Shown: in pieces, positions 10,405-19,079 of the stretch | Position numbering within the stretch: position 1 is the first letter of the stretch | How the letters are laid out: the number at the start of each line of letters is the position of its first letter | IMG/VR virus record: IMGVR_UViG_3300015370_000516 | Location: 21,472 to 85,471 of that record | Reading direction: 5' to 3' (one strand) | DNA: 64,000 bases | DNA from: a virus | Lineage: Duplodnaviria; Caudoviricetes | Notes under the pieces: model-generated | Told to the model about the DNA's origin: nothing | Seen by the model: the letters and a program-made list of their open reading frames with translations, nothing else | Databases searched by the model: none | Made by a program: the position numbers and the translations under genes

Positions 10405-11792
10405 TGGCTTCTACATCGGGCAGGAAGAAGCACAGCCAGCCGGGGGTTCGCTCTCGTCGGTTTAGGAACTGGGATCATCTCAACGATAACAGCTTTTCCC
10501 CACAAGATTTGGGTCCAGTGCAAAGGGTATTTCATCCAGGCACAGAACTCCAAATTACCGGCGCAACTATCCCCGATGCTCAAGGAGATCAGAACAGAAC
10601 CGTTCATACAGGACGAGCCTATAAAGGCGATGGTTCAGCGAGAATTTTGATTACTGGATTAGTAACAGGATTTACAATTGAGGCTGTTTGCGGTAGTCCG
10701 GTTATCGGTGCAGGAAGAATACAATTGATCTCTGGAGAAACTGTTTGTGGCATTTCTATATCCGGTGCGGATGGCTCTGTTTTTGGATTCTATAAGTGTG
10801 ATGAAGGTACTGGAACTACTTGTTACGATAGTTCTGGAAATGAGAATCATGGAACAATAGACAGCATAACCGGCAGCACTTTTTTCACAACCCAGAATTT
10901 TATCAGCTACCAGAATGAAGTTGGCTACAACATTGGAACTACTACTGGAGGAGCCTTAGTATACATCCCCCGCGACGAGAGCAATCCCAGTTATGACGTG
11001 CTTGGCGCTTCATTGGCTTTTACTGGACGGGTAAAATACAATCTAATACTCGGCAGTACCTTTTGTGGTAATGTTCCAACCACGTCCGGAACTGCTGTGA
11101 TTTTTGATAATTCTATATCCGCAGGAGCCGTCCTAACAAATCGTGGCTTGACCGGAGCCACACTGACACCCAGTTCAAGAACTATTTCATTTACAGGTAC
11201 AGGGCACTTTTTTGACGTAACTATTGTGAATTCAAGTGGGGATATGATAGTACATCTGCCCTGTGCCGAGGGCGGTGGGTTGCGATTGTATGATGATTCA
11301 GGAAATAATAATCATGCTACCATCTCCGGTATAACTGAGGAAGCTTTCTGGGAAGACATTTATCAAGCGGAATATTTCAAGAACTTAGTAGAGGGATTTA
11401 GTCTTTTCACCGGAACAGGATTAAGAAGTATTTCAATACCATTTCATAAATATAAGTATCCACTAAATGCAGCAATACCAACTGGACACAGTTTTGCCGG
11501 TCACCATTTCCCAGGCACTTGGCACAATGGATGTGAGACCAGTATGTATCAAGCAGCAGCACCGGAACTTATACAAGCAGATCTAATCAGCGGTAGTAAT
11601 TTCTGGTTCTCTGTGGTCGGCGGTTTTAAGGAAATATGGAATTATAATTTGAGTGGGGACGTTAATCATAGAATTTTTGCGGATATTCATTTGGAATCTG
11701 AAAATAAATGGCTTAATTTTATCCTTATGGGCAGTGGTCTGACTGCTACCGATCTATTCGATCTGCAAGTTTTTCTATGGCAAGCCCCATGA
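10404..11792 (+). CDS. Virion protein with two LamG-like repeats
   Basis: Duplicated motif YKCDEGTGTTCYDSSGNENHGTI / LPCAEGGGLRLYDDSGNNNHATI. Confidence 0.55.
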   Translation: MASTSGRKKHSQPGVRSRRFRNWDHLNDNSFSPQDLGPVQRVFHPGTELQITGATIPDAQGDQNRTVHTGRAYKGDGSARILITGLVTGFTIEAVCGSPVIGAGRIQLISGETVCGISISGADGSVFGFYKCDEGTGTTCYDSSGNENHGTIDSITGSTFFTTQNFISYQNEVGYNIGTTTGGALVYIPRDESNPSYDVLGASLAFTGRVKYNLILGSTFCGNVPTTSGTAVIFDNSISAGAVLTNRGLTGATLTPSSRTISFTGTGHFFDVTIVNSSGDMIVHLPCAEGGGLRLYDDSGNNNHATISGITEEAFWEDIYQAEYFKNLVEGFSLFTGTGLRSISIPFHKYKYPLNAAIPTGHSFAGHHFPGTWHNGCETSMYQAAAPELIQADLISGSNFWFSVVGGFKEIWNYNLSGDVNHRIFADIHLESENKWLNFILMGSGLTATDLFDLQVFLWQAP

Positions 11793-11822
11793 TCAAGCGA
11801 TTTTGCCACAAAAAATGGCAGA

Positions 11823-11858
11823 AAGTTAGCTCCTGCACATGTTAAGGAGATACTTCCG
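11823..11858 (+). mobile_element. Right-end relic of family-2 tnpB element (copy D) carrying the SD of the sigma gene
   Basis: aagttagctcctgcacatgttaaggagatacttccgtg matches 39120-39157 at about 31 of 38 nt. Confidence 0.55.
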
Positions 11859-12571
11859 TGGCAGGAACCGTAATTCTAACAACTGGAGGCATACTCAACG
11901 ACCTCCCCCAAAAACAGCTTAGCAATTCTGAAGAGCATGAACTGATAGCCAGCTCCCAGAAAGGCGATATAACTGCCCGCAATAAACTAATTTTAGCCCA
12001 CCTCGGTTTCATCATCTCAGCCGCAAATCACATTTTAGGTCCGTACAATCCCCTACTTGAAGACATGATCCATGAGGGCATTCTTGGTGACATAATTGGC
12101 ATCGAGCGGTTTGATATAAATCGTACCAATATTCGCTATTGTGCCTATGGGTACTGGTGGGTACGGGATGCCATTACTTCGGCAAATCGAGCTGAAAAGA
12201 AGTATCTAAACCAACATGTCTTTTCCGTATTCGATAGCGATGTTGAAACTTTGGATAAACAAACAGCCGAGACCTTTTATCGTGGCCCAACCACAATACC
12301 AACACCAATTCTAAAAGACAGAGACCTTTGGGAAGAATATAAAGCCGGTGGTAGACTACAGGGTATTGATCTTTTGACAGAATTATTGAATCTAACTAAC
12401 GGTGGTTTAGACCAGAGGCAAAGACAAATCCTCATACGTAGTTATCATGATGGTTGGAACTCCACGCAAATTGCCAAAGCAACGGGACTATCCAGCCGCT
12501 GGGTTGCTGTACTTAAAAAGCGCGCCATCGAAGAGATCAAAGCTCGCGTAGCAGATAAGATGAGTGGATAG
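11858..12571 (+). CDS. Phage sigma70-family RNA polymerase sigma factor
   Basis: Region 2 (LILAHLGFII...EDMIHEGILG...ERFD...YGYWWVRDAI) and region 4 HTH (LDQRQRQIL...STQIAKATGLSSRWV...RAIEEIK); GTG start with AAGGAG SD. Confidence 0.9.
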   Translation: MAGTVILTTGGILNDLPQKQLSNSEEHELIASSQKGDITARNKLILAHLGFIISAANHILGPYNPLLEDMIHEGILGDIIGIERFDINRTNIRYCAYGYWWVRDAITSANRAEKKYLNQHVFSVFDSDVETLDKQTAETFYRGPTTIPTPILKDRDLWEEYKAGGRLQGIDLLTELLNLTNGGLDQRQRQILIRSYHDGWNSTQIAKATGLSSRWVAVLKKRAIEEIKARVADKMSG

Positions 12572-12641
12572 AAGAAATAGAAGTTTTTGTTTGTTTTCTA
12601 TAAGTTTTAATTTTATATTTAGTGCACGAGAAGGAATCGAG

Positions 12642-14192
12642 ATGTCTAAAGTGACCATAGGACGCGACCGAATTAAAATTGTTGCCCCAGAAGGTTTAAC
12701 TAAGGAACAGCTTGCTACCAGAAATCTCATTGTTGAATCTCTGAGTTTCAGGAAAAATGACTTCTTCTTCAGCGAGGAATATCAAAGGGGTAACTGGGAC
12801 GGATATTACTGTCTATACCGCAAGGGTAAGATCAAACTGCCCAACGGCCGCTTTTCCTATAACGGTGACAAAGATTGGTATTCAACAGGTCATTTGCAGA
12901 ATACGCTGGGAAGTTGGATAAGGCTTGGTCTGGAGATAGAGGACCAGCGCAACCTTCCGGTTCTAAAGATTAATCCTGATTTATCTATTTTTGCTGGTTT
13001 GCGGGAATATCAACGAGAGGCTGTATCAGCCATAATAAACAACAAAAAGCACGGACTGCCCACCCCCAGGGGAATAATTCATCTACCACCCAGAACGGGT
13101 AAGACGAGAATAGCTATAGCCCTGTTGGAGCAGGTACAAAGCAGGCCTGCGGTGTTCATAGTTGAACGAGTTGACTTGGCTCGGCAAACTCAGGCGGCTA
13201 TGGCTGAGTTGCTATCCGAGCCAATTGGCTTAGTTGGCGATGGTAATTCCGATATTAGGGATATTACAGTAGTTACCATTCAAAGTCTACACGCAGCCTT
13301 TGGGATGCGGTTTGATACCCGTAGAGGTGAATATAAAGAAGCTACCCCAAACAGGAAAATAAAACTCGATTTGGTTAAGCTAATTCGTGGCTGTGAAATT
13401 CTGATCATAGATGAAGCTCACCACATTGTTTCGAGATCATACAGAGAAGCCTTTCGTAAAGCGGTCAATGCTTGGTGTGTTATTGGTCTATCCGGAACAC
13501 CATGGATAGACGATGGTTCTGATCTGCTGCTTTCAGACGGTATAGGTCCTATAATCTATCATCGTGGTTATTCATACATGGTAAGAAACAAGTTTCTTGT
13601 TCCCCTTAACATTTACTTCTATAGGTTGCCAAAAGTTCTGTGTTATTCAGGCAATTACCAAGCGGTTTATAGGGCTGCTGTAGTAGATAACCCAATCAAG
13701 GAATATTTAATTGTAGGCGCTGCCAAATCGCTAATTAAGGCTGGAAAATCGGTAGCTATCTTAGTTACCCAGATCCAACACGCCAAACGCTTAGGAAGGC
13801 TTATACCTAATTCCGTGGTGCTTACCGGACAGGAACGCGGAGTGTACCGTTACAAGGTTTTTCGCCAGTTAGACAAAAAGCGGGTCATGTGTATTATCAG
13901 CACGGTTTTTAGCGAGGGCATAGACGTGCCCAGCCTGGACGCCGGTATTAATGCGGATGGGGGAATGGATAGCCGCAGAATCTTTCAGCGGATGCGCATG
14001 ATGACCCCCAGCCCAGGAAAAACAAAAGGCATTTTTATAGACTTTTACCACTTGGAGAAGTACTTGAAAAAACATTCTAAAATCAGATTGAGCTATTATC
14101 AAAAGGAACCAAGCTTTCAGATTATAGAAAAGGATCTAAGAGCTTCTCTAATGCTTAGATTTAGAAACCAAGTGCCCCTGGAGGATCTATGA
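12642..14192 (+). CDS. SF2 DEAH-box helicase (UvsW-like)
   Basis: LREYQREAV, PPRTGKT (motif I), DEAH (II), GLSGTP (III), FSEGIDVP (V), QRMR (VI); start moved to ATG 12642 after GAAGGA SD. Confidence 0.9.
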   Translation: MSKVTIGRDRIKIVAPEGLTKEQLATRNLIVESLSFRKNDFFFSEEYQRGNWDGYYCLYRKGKIKLPNGRFSYNGDKDWYSTGHLQNTLGSWIRLGLEIEDQRNLPVLKINPDLSIFAGLREYQREAVSAIINNKKHGLPTPRGIIHLPPRTGKTRIAIALLEQVQSRPAVFIVERVDLARQTQAAMAELLSEPIGLVGDGNSDIRDITVVTIQSLHAAFGMRFDTRRGEYKEATPNRKIKLDLVKLIRGCEILIIDEAHHIVSRSYREAFRKAVNAWCVIGLSGTPWIDDGSDLLLSDGIGPIIYHRGYSYMVRNKFLVPLNIYFYRLPKVLCYSGNYQAVYRAAVVDNPIKEYLIVGAAKSLIKAGKSVAILVTQIQHAKRLGRLIPNSVVLTGQERGVYRYKVFRQLDKKRVMCIISTVFSEGIDVPSLDAGINADGGMDSRRIFQRMRMMTPSPGKTKGIFIDFYHLEKYLKKHSKIRLSYYQKEPSFQIIEKDLRASLMLRFRNQVPLEDL

Positions 14193-14686
14193 AACGGGAC
14201 GTTTACCGAGGCATAGATCCATTAATAAATGACTTAGTACACACAGTTTTTTCCCAACGTGAACAGATTAAACAACTTAAACTTGCCTTGGATTCCCACA
14301 TACCAAAAGAAGAAAAAAAAGAAGATGTTAGTGAATGGAATGGCAGTAGATTTTTGCGGGAGTTCCGAGAACAATTCAAGTTGAGCAAAGGATATGACTT
14401 TCCCGACGGGGCTTACGATGACGTGTATGCAGCGAGACAGATAATACAGTTTATCAACAGACAAGAAGTTACCAAAAATGATTATTATGATTATCTTTTA
14501 TTTCTTATCAATAACCCCAATTTAAAAGTGATGACTTTTTCTTGGCTTTGGAATAAGAGATACTTCTACTCCTTTCACAGACAGAGATCATTACAAGTAG
14601 TTAAAACACACAGACAGACAAAGAAACTCGATTTATCACCACAACTTAGCCAACTGGCTGAGGCACGTGGATTGTCAGATGATTAG
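14189..14686 (+). CDS. Hypothetical protein directly upstream of the iteron array (possible origin-binding factor)
   Basis: 165 aa, ATGA-coupled to the helicase; function inferred only from position. Confidence 0.5.
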   Translation: MKRDVYRGIDPLINDLVHTVFSQREQIKQLKLALDSHIPKEEKKEDVSEWNGSRFLREFREQFKLSKGYDFPDGAYDDVYAARQIIQFINRQEVTKNDYYDYLLFLINNPNLKVMTFSWLWNKRYFYSFHRQRSLQVVKTHRQTKKLDLSPQLSQLAEARGLSDD

Positions 14687-14704
14687 ATATACAAGTATAT
14701 CTTG

Positions 14705-14904
14705 CTAAGATTATCTTCTATTTCTTATCAATTTTTACTAAGATTATCTTCTATTTCTTATCAATTTTTACTAAGATTATCTTCTATTTCTTATCAATTT
14801 TTACTAAGATTATCTTCTATTTCTTATCAATTTTTACTAAGATTATCTTCTATTTGTTGATAAGATTATCTTCTATTTCTTATCTTAGTTTATCTTCTAT
14901 TTCT
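14705..14904. repeat. 33-bp tandem repeat array: 4 perfect copies plus 3 partial copies
   Basis: CTAAGATTATCTTCTATTTCTTATCAATTTTTA at 14705, 14738, 14771 and 14804, then degenerate copies of the TTATCTTCTATTT core to about 14904. Confidence 0.95.
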
Positions 14905-15200
14905 CTTCGGATTTTGCTTACAAGAGCGCCTATAAGCGTACTTACAAGAGCGCCTTATTGTTAACTACTATAGGATATAATATATTTATTATTATTATTG
15001 TAATTACAAGGGCTTCTTATAAGCGGCTCTTAAAGGCTTTCTATAAGCGGCCATTACAAGCGTTTCTTATAAGGCGCATTATGATAATCAACAATTCCTT
15101 AGGCTACGACTTTCTAACGAAAGATCGTAGCCATTCACAAAGATTCTCTTGAAGCAAGAGAATCTTTATGAATCTGTAACTTTCACACATCGCGCGCGCG
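14705..15200. promoter_or_regulatory. Putative phage replication origin
   Basis: The only long non-coding gap in the replication module; two repeat arrays, an AT-rich core (about 14956-15003) and two strong hairpins, directly upstream of the DnaC-like and DnaB genes. Confidence 0.65.
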
Positions 15201-15220
15201 CATGAGCAAGAATCCCGAAG

Positions 15221-15976
15221 ATGGCTAAACTAACTCCAGAAGAACTCAAGACACGGATCTTCGATTCATGTCAAGACCCAGAATGCGGAACTGGCAAGAC
15301 TGGCTATGTCCTGGAACCTGGGAAAAAGGCGCATTTCCGAGATTGTCGGTGTATGACATTATACAAACAGCAAGTTGGTTATCTGCTGGCTGGCATTCCG
15401 GAACGGTTCTGGTCTTTTACATACCGAGATCTGACCAAAACTTTTAGACAGGCTAATAGCGCCAGCTTAGGCTTGTTCAAGATTTGGTCTGATGATCTTG
15501 CTTCTATCCTGCAGATAGGTGCAAGTCTTATGCTCTGGTCAGCGGATCATGGCACAGCTAAGTCCGCCTTGGCTTCAGTCCCTGCCAGAAAAGCATTGGA
15601 CGGAAACAAGCGGGTTCTCTGGCTATCCGGTATGACTTTGTTCGATGAATTGTGCCTGCGGGATACCAGCATGCTTCTGTGGGCTAAGATAGATCAGACA
15701 GATTTGTTAGTTCTGGACGAGATAGACAAAGTTTTTGCTCCAGGAGAGACCAAGTATGCATGGGGGCATTTAACTGAATTCTTCAATCGGCTGTACGAAC
15801 AGAAAGTGCCAGTTATAAGCACAGCCAACCAACCGTTGGCGGATTTGTCTAATATTTACCCCACTGCCGTCTTTGACCGGATACAGGAATGGGACTCTCT
15901 GGAATTCTACGGAGTGAATTACCGTTTCCAGATTTCTTATCTGGAGCAGATCGCCAAAAAGACTTATGGAAAATAG
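15221..15976 (+). CDS. DnaC/IstB-like helicase loader ATPase
   Basis: N-terminal Cys cluster (C..PEC...CRC), GIPERF, atypical Walker A SADHGTAKS, Walker B LLVLDEID, ISTANQ...FDRI. Confidence 0.8.
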   Translation: MAKLTPEELKTRIFDSCQDPECGTGKTGYVLEPGKKAHFRDCRCMTLYKQQVGYLLAGIPERFWSFTYRDLTKTFRQANSASLGLFKIWSDDLASILQIGASLMLWSADHGTAKSALASVPARKALDGNKRVLWLSGMTLFDELCLRDTSMLLWAKIDQTDLLVLDEIDKVFAPGETKYAWGHLTEFFNRLYEQKVPVISTANQPLADLSNIYPTAVFDRIQEWDSLEFYGVNYRFQISYLEQIAKKTYGK

Positions 15977-17348
15977 CCAATATCCAACCGAATCCAGACA
16001 AGCCGAACAGTACGTGCTCGGATTAGCCTTGCAGGACCCCAAGAACTTCCAAGAGTTTTTAAAGCTCCCATCATCCGCTTTCGTATTTTATGGTAATTTG
16101 TGTGAATCCCTGAGAACGTTTTGGTCTGAATTCAACGCTGTCCCCACCTCGGCAGCATTCCAATCCTGGTGTCCTAATCCCGAAGCCTTGAAAGAACTGG
16201 CTCAAATACTTTCTAAAACTATCCCAGAAGGGGCAGAGATAGGGCTATTTGCCCAGATCTTAGGCGATGCGGGTCTTGGTAGGGGTCTGCTGGAGATCGC
16301 GGCTTACGTGGCAGATTTTACGGGTCATGAGCCACACCGCAAATTATTGACTTCGGTTCAGCATAGAATTACCGATTTATCGTTGAAATCGAGTCATAAA
16401 GCTAATACCACCCGCGCTTGGTATTGGGAAACTGCGCCAGACCGTTGGAAGCGTTATAGGTTCTTACAGGATCATCCAGAATCCTTGTGCGGTATCAAGT
16501 TTGGGATTCCGTCCTTGGACAAAAGCACCGGTGGTCTTCATGCTTTTGTTGGCGAAGCTGATTTAATAGCTATTTTTGGCAAGCCTGGCGTTTATAAGTC
16601 TCGGATGATGCTCAATATGGCTTATAATCAAGCGCGGAGAGGTATTCCGATATTGTACATATCACGGGAAATGAGCGCCCAGCGAATAGGTTTACTTTTA
16701 GATGCTCTGGAGTCTTTGCTAACTGATGCCCAGGGTGGTTCGGAACGTCTTGACTACATTTGGCTGCAAGAGGGGAATTTACAGGGACGTTACCGGCGCA
16801 GGTATAAGAATCTCCTGAAGACTTTGCATGACCAGCGCCAGTACCCCCTGTGGTTGGTTGACTGCCCAGACGTTATTACAACTGGTGATGTGGCTGTAGA
16901 AGTGGAACTATATCATGGGCAATACGGGGATTTTCCTAAAGTTATTTATCTGGACTACGCCAATCTCATTGATCCGCTTTCTGCCTATGATCATGAAAGT
17001 CAAAAGATGGATCGTATTTTCTTGGAACTTTTGGGCATTACCAAGGGCTACGGAATCCCGCTGGTTACTGCGGTGCGGGAATCGAGAACTGGATCGTTGA
17101 TAAAAGACCGCGGAGATATGGGCATTGAGCATGTTGGGTTATCACAAGCTATTGCCTATCATGTACACCAACTATGGCATTTGGATTTTAGCAAAGAAGA
17201 CGCTGCCCAGAATCGGCTGTGGGTACGCGCCAAGAAGAATCGCTATGGTGAACTGTTTGAAATACCTCTATTCGCGGCCCCTGAATACGCCTATGTTGGC
17301 GATAGGGAGTTAGATGTTCAAGATGGGTATGAGGGACAGTTTGGGTAA
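15966..17348 (+). CDS. dnaB: Replicative helicase, DnaB family
   Basis: GIKFGIPSLDKSTGG, Walker A GKPGVYKS, YISREMS, IYLDYANLI, KKNRYGE. Confidence 0.88.
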   Translation: MENSQYPTESRQAEQYVLGLALQDPKNFQEFLKLPSSAFVFYGNLCESLRTFWSEFNAVPTSAAFQSWCPNPEALKELAQILSKTIPEGAEIGLFAQILGDAGLGRGLLEIAAYVADFTGHEPHRKLLTSVQHRITDLSLKSSHKANTTRAWYWETAPDRWKRYRFLQDHPESLCGIKFGIPSLDKSTGGLHAFVGEADLIAIFGKPGVYKSRMMLNMAYNQARRGIPILYISREMSAQRIGLLLDALESLLTDAQGGSERLDYIWLQEGNLQGRYRRRYKNLLKTLHDQRQYPLWLVDCPDVITTGDVAVEVELYHGQYGDFPKVIYLDYANLIDPLSAYDHESQKMDRIFLELLGITKGYGIPLVTAVRESRTGSLIKDRGDMGIEHVGLSQAIAYHVHQLWHLDFSKEDAAQNRLWVRAKKNRYGELFEIPLFAAPEYAYVGDRELDVQDGYEGQFG

Positions 17349-17369
17349 TGTTATGTTGATAATAAATAC

Positions 17370-17410
17370 TTGTAAATGTATTTGGATTCTTGATAGTTTT
17401 GGATTAAATT
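17370..17410 (+). promoter_or_regulatory. Tandem sigma70-like promoters
   Basis: TTGTAA(17370)-N18-TAGTTT with TGn, and TTGGAT(17382)-N17-TAAATT(17405). Confidence 0.55.
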
Positions 17411-17412
17411 AT

Positions 17413-17583
17413 GAATCGAACAGGACAATTCTTCAGGTGTAGAAGCTGTGGCTACTCCTTGGACGCTGACCTCAATGCATCACGAAACATTCTCAATAGA
17501 TTTCTCTTCCAGGAGTCTTCAGACCCTGGGCAACAAGTTAAACCTAATCACAAACCTGTGGGTTTGTTAAAGGTATAATTCCG
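17413..17583 (+). ncRNA. Orphan tnpB 3'-end / omega-RNA-like unit (copy A)
   Basis: Translates as NRTGQFFRCRSCGYSLDADLNASRNILNRF (TnpB zinc finger plus RuvC-III) with no upstream tnpB; 48/50 nt identical to copy B over 17465-17514; ends in the shared end motif. Confidence 0.65.
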
Positions 17584-17629
17584 CAGAATAATTACTTACG
17601 GATTTGAAAACCTAAAGGAGAAAATTGAC

Positions 17630-18184
17630 ATGAAACAGCAATATCGTAACCTTGTTTCGTACGCAGCGGCAATTGCTATAATTTTCGGATTGTTTGTTGC
17701 TTACCTGTTCTATGATATACACAGGGAGGATATTGCATATAAGAGGCAGTTTTTTGATCCACCGCCAACGGATACTTCTCTGGTAGCGCTTTTACAAAAA
17801 GGTATGAACCCAGACGACCTTGAAAGTGCGATACTCATCCACAGTTCTCCATTGGCTTACGTTAGGATAGGAAAACGGAATCCTTACTACATTGAACCTG
17901 CAATACTCTCAGCGCGTTTCTGGGAAAAGCCTGGTCTATATCACAATATCGCTGCGGCTGTCGGGGCTTGTGATGCTGTTGAACCGTTGCTTGACGGAGT
18001 TTATAATCCTCATGCTGGCGTTGGGGGACTTTCTCAGGGTAGTCCTTATGAAAACCTGAGTAAACTGATAGAATACAAATCGGATTGCGAACGAATTTAC
18101 CGCAAATACGGGAACTATGGGTATAAGGTTAAGGCTGATTCTTTGGCTAAAAGGGTAGAAGAGCTTAGGGTACGTCTTAAATAG
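17630..18184 (+). CDS. Membrane-anchored hypothetical protein
   Basis: Strong AAGGAG SD; N-terminal TM helix LVSYAAAIAIIFGLFVAYLF. Confidence 0.7.
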   Translation: MKQQYRNLVSYAAAIAIIFGLFVAYLFYDIHREDIAYKRQFFDPPPTDTSLVALLQKGMNPDDLESAILIHSSPLAYVRIGKRNPYYIEPAILSARFWEKPGLYHNIAAAVGACDAVEPLLDGVYNPHAGVGGLSQGSPYENLSKLIEYKSDCERIYRKYGNYGYKVKADSLAKRVEELRVRLK

Positions 18185-18231
18185 GTTTGGAAATATGTTT
18201 GGGGTGGGATTATAGAAACGACTGCTGATTC

Positions 18232-18921
18232 ATGAAGTTACTTAAAAAGACAGCGTCCCGCATACAGCTTGACAACCTGGACATTCCAAGCGTCATTTCA
18301 AAGTTGGGGTTGCGGATAAAAGATGCACGCGGCACGTGGATCACGGCTTGGTGCATATTTCACGATGATGGCAAGAACCCCAATCTAAGGATTCGCACAG
18401 ATTCTGGTGGAGTATTCCGCTGCTTTTCCTGTGGTGCTAAAGGTAACATTCTTAATCTTGTTGAACGCGCCAAGAATTTAGACCGTGAAGCTGCTTGGCA
18501 ATACTTAGCTACATTAGGAAAACGCGGAGTTACCTTAGAGGGGTTACGCCGCAAGCTGGAACGGAGAAAGAATTCAAATCCATTAGTTTGGAAACAGGTA
18601 CTGAATCAGAGTTTAATTGGAGTTTGTGATTTATTATTAGCAATACCGCCAGGCGTTAGAGCAGAGCAGGAAAAAGCTCATGTTACCAATGACGTAAATA
18701 GATTTTTCAGGTTGCAAGATCCAGATTACTTCTTACTTCGTGATTTGATAGATGCTGTAATGGTAAGAATGGAATACGGCTGTGATGCTGATAGTTTTTC
18801 AGATTTGTTGTTTGATATTCAGGGCATTTGGGAAGTAGCTGAAAGCGTTGGATATTTGGAACGTTACCCAGTGATTTTTCATCAAACGTTAGGTCGGTGT
18901 TGGACAACTCCAACCCATTAA
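18232..18921 (+). CDS. CHC2 zinc-finger protein (DnaG primase N-terminal domain only)
   Basis: CIFHDDGKNPNL...FRCFSCGAKGNILNLV; no TOPRIM EG..D or DxD motifs seen. Confidence 0.8.
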   Translation: MKLLKKTASRIQLDNLDIPSVISKLGLRIKDARGTWITAWCIFHDDGKNPNLRIRTDSGGVFRCFSCGAKGNILNLVERAKNLDREAAWQYLATLGKRGVTLEGLRRKLERRKNSNPLVWKQVLNQSLIGVCDLLLAIPPGVRAEQEKAHVTNDVNRFFRLQDPDYFLLRDLIDAVMVRMEYGCDADSFSDLLFDIQGIWEVAESVGYLERYPVIFHQTLGRCWTTPTH

Positions 18922-18939
18922 AAGAAACGTAAAAAATAC

Positions 18940-18968
18940 TTGTAATTTATATCTATTCTTGCTAAATT
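18940..18968 (+). promoter_or_regulatory. Sigma70-like promoter
   Basis: TTGTAA-N17-TAAATT with extended TGn. Confidence 0.7.
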
Positions 18969-18977
18969 GGGGATAAC

Positions 18978-19079
18978 GGGGTGGGACTTCAAGGAATAAA
19001 ACCAGAATGATTGTAGTATCGGTTGTCTGGTGGGTAGCCTTGGTACAGTTTGTAGAAGCGGGGCTGTACGTTCCACCCC
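18978..19079 (+). ncRNA. Candidate structured RNA / leader (three-way junction)
   Basis: Stems GGGGTGGGAC/GTTCCACCCC, CAAGG/CCTTG, ACCAGA/TCTGGT and GTACAG/CTGTAC, starting about 10 nt after the -10 box. Confidence 0.5.

Noticed and set aside
11801-11823. Intrinsic terminator after the tail module
   Set aside because: A hairpin is present (TTTTGCCA/TGGCAGAA) but there is no U-tract on either strand
14702-14860. 52-codon ORF (LRLSSISYQFL repeats) across the 33-bp array
   Set aside because: No SD, TTG start, and it arises simply because the unit length is divisible by 3
14705-14904. CRISPR array
   Set aside because: Repeats are head-to-tail with no unique spacers and there are no cas genes
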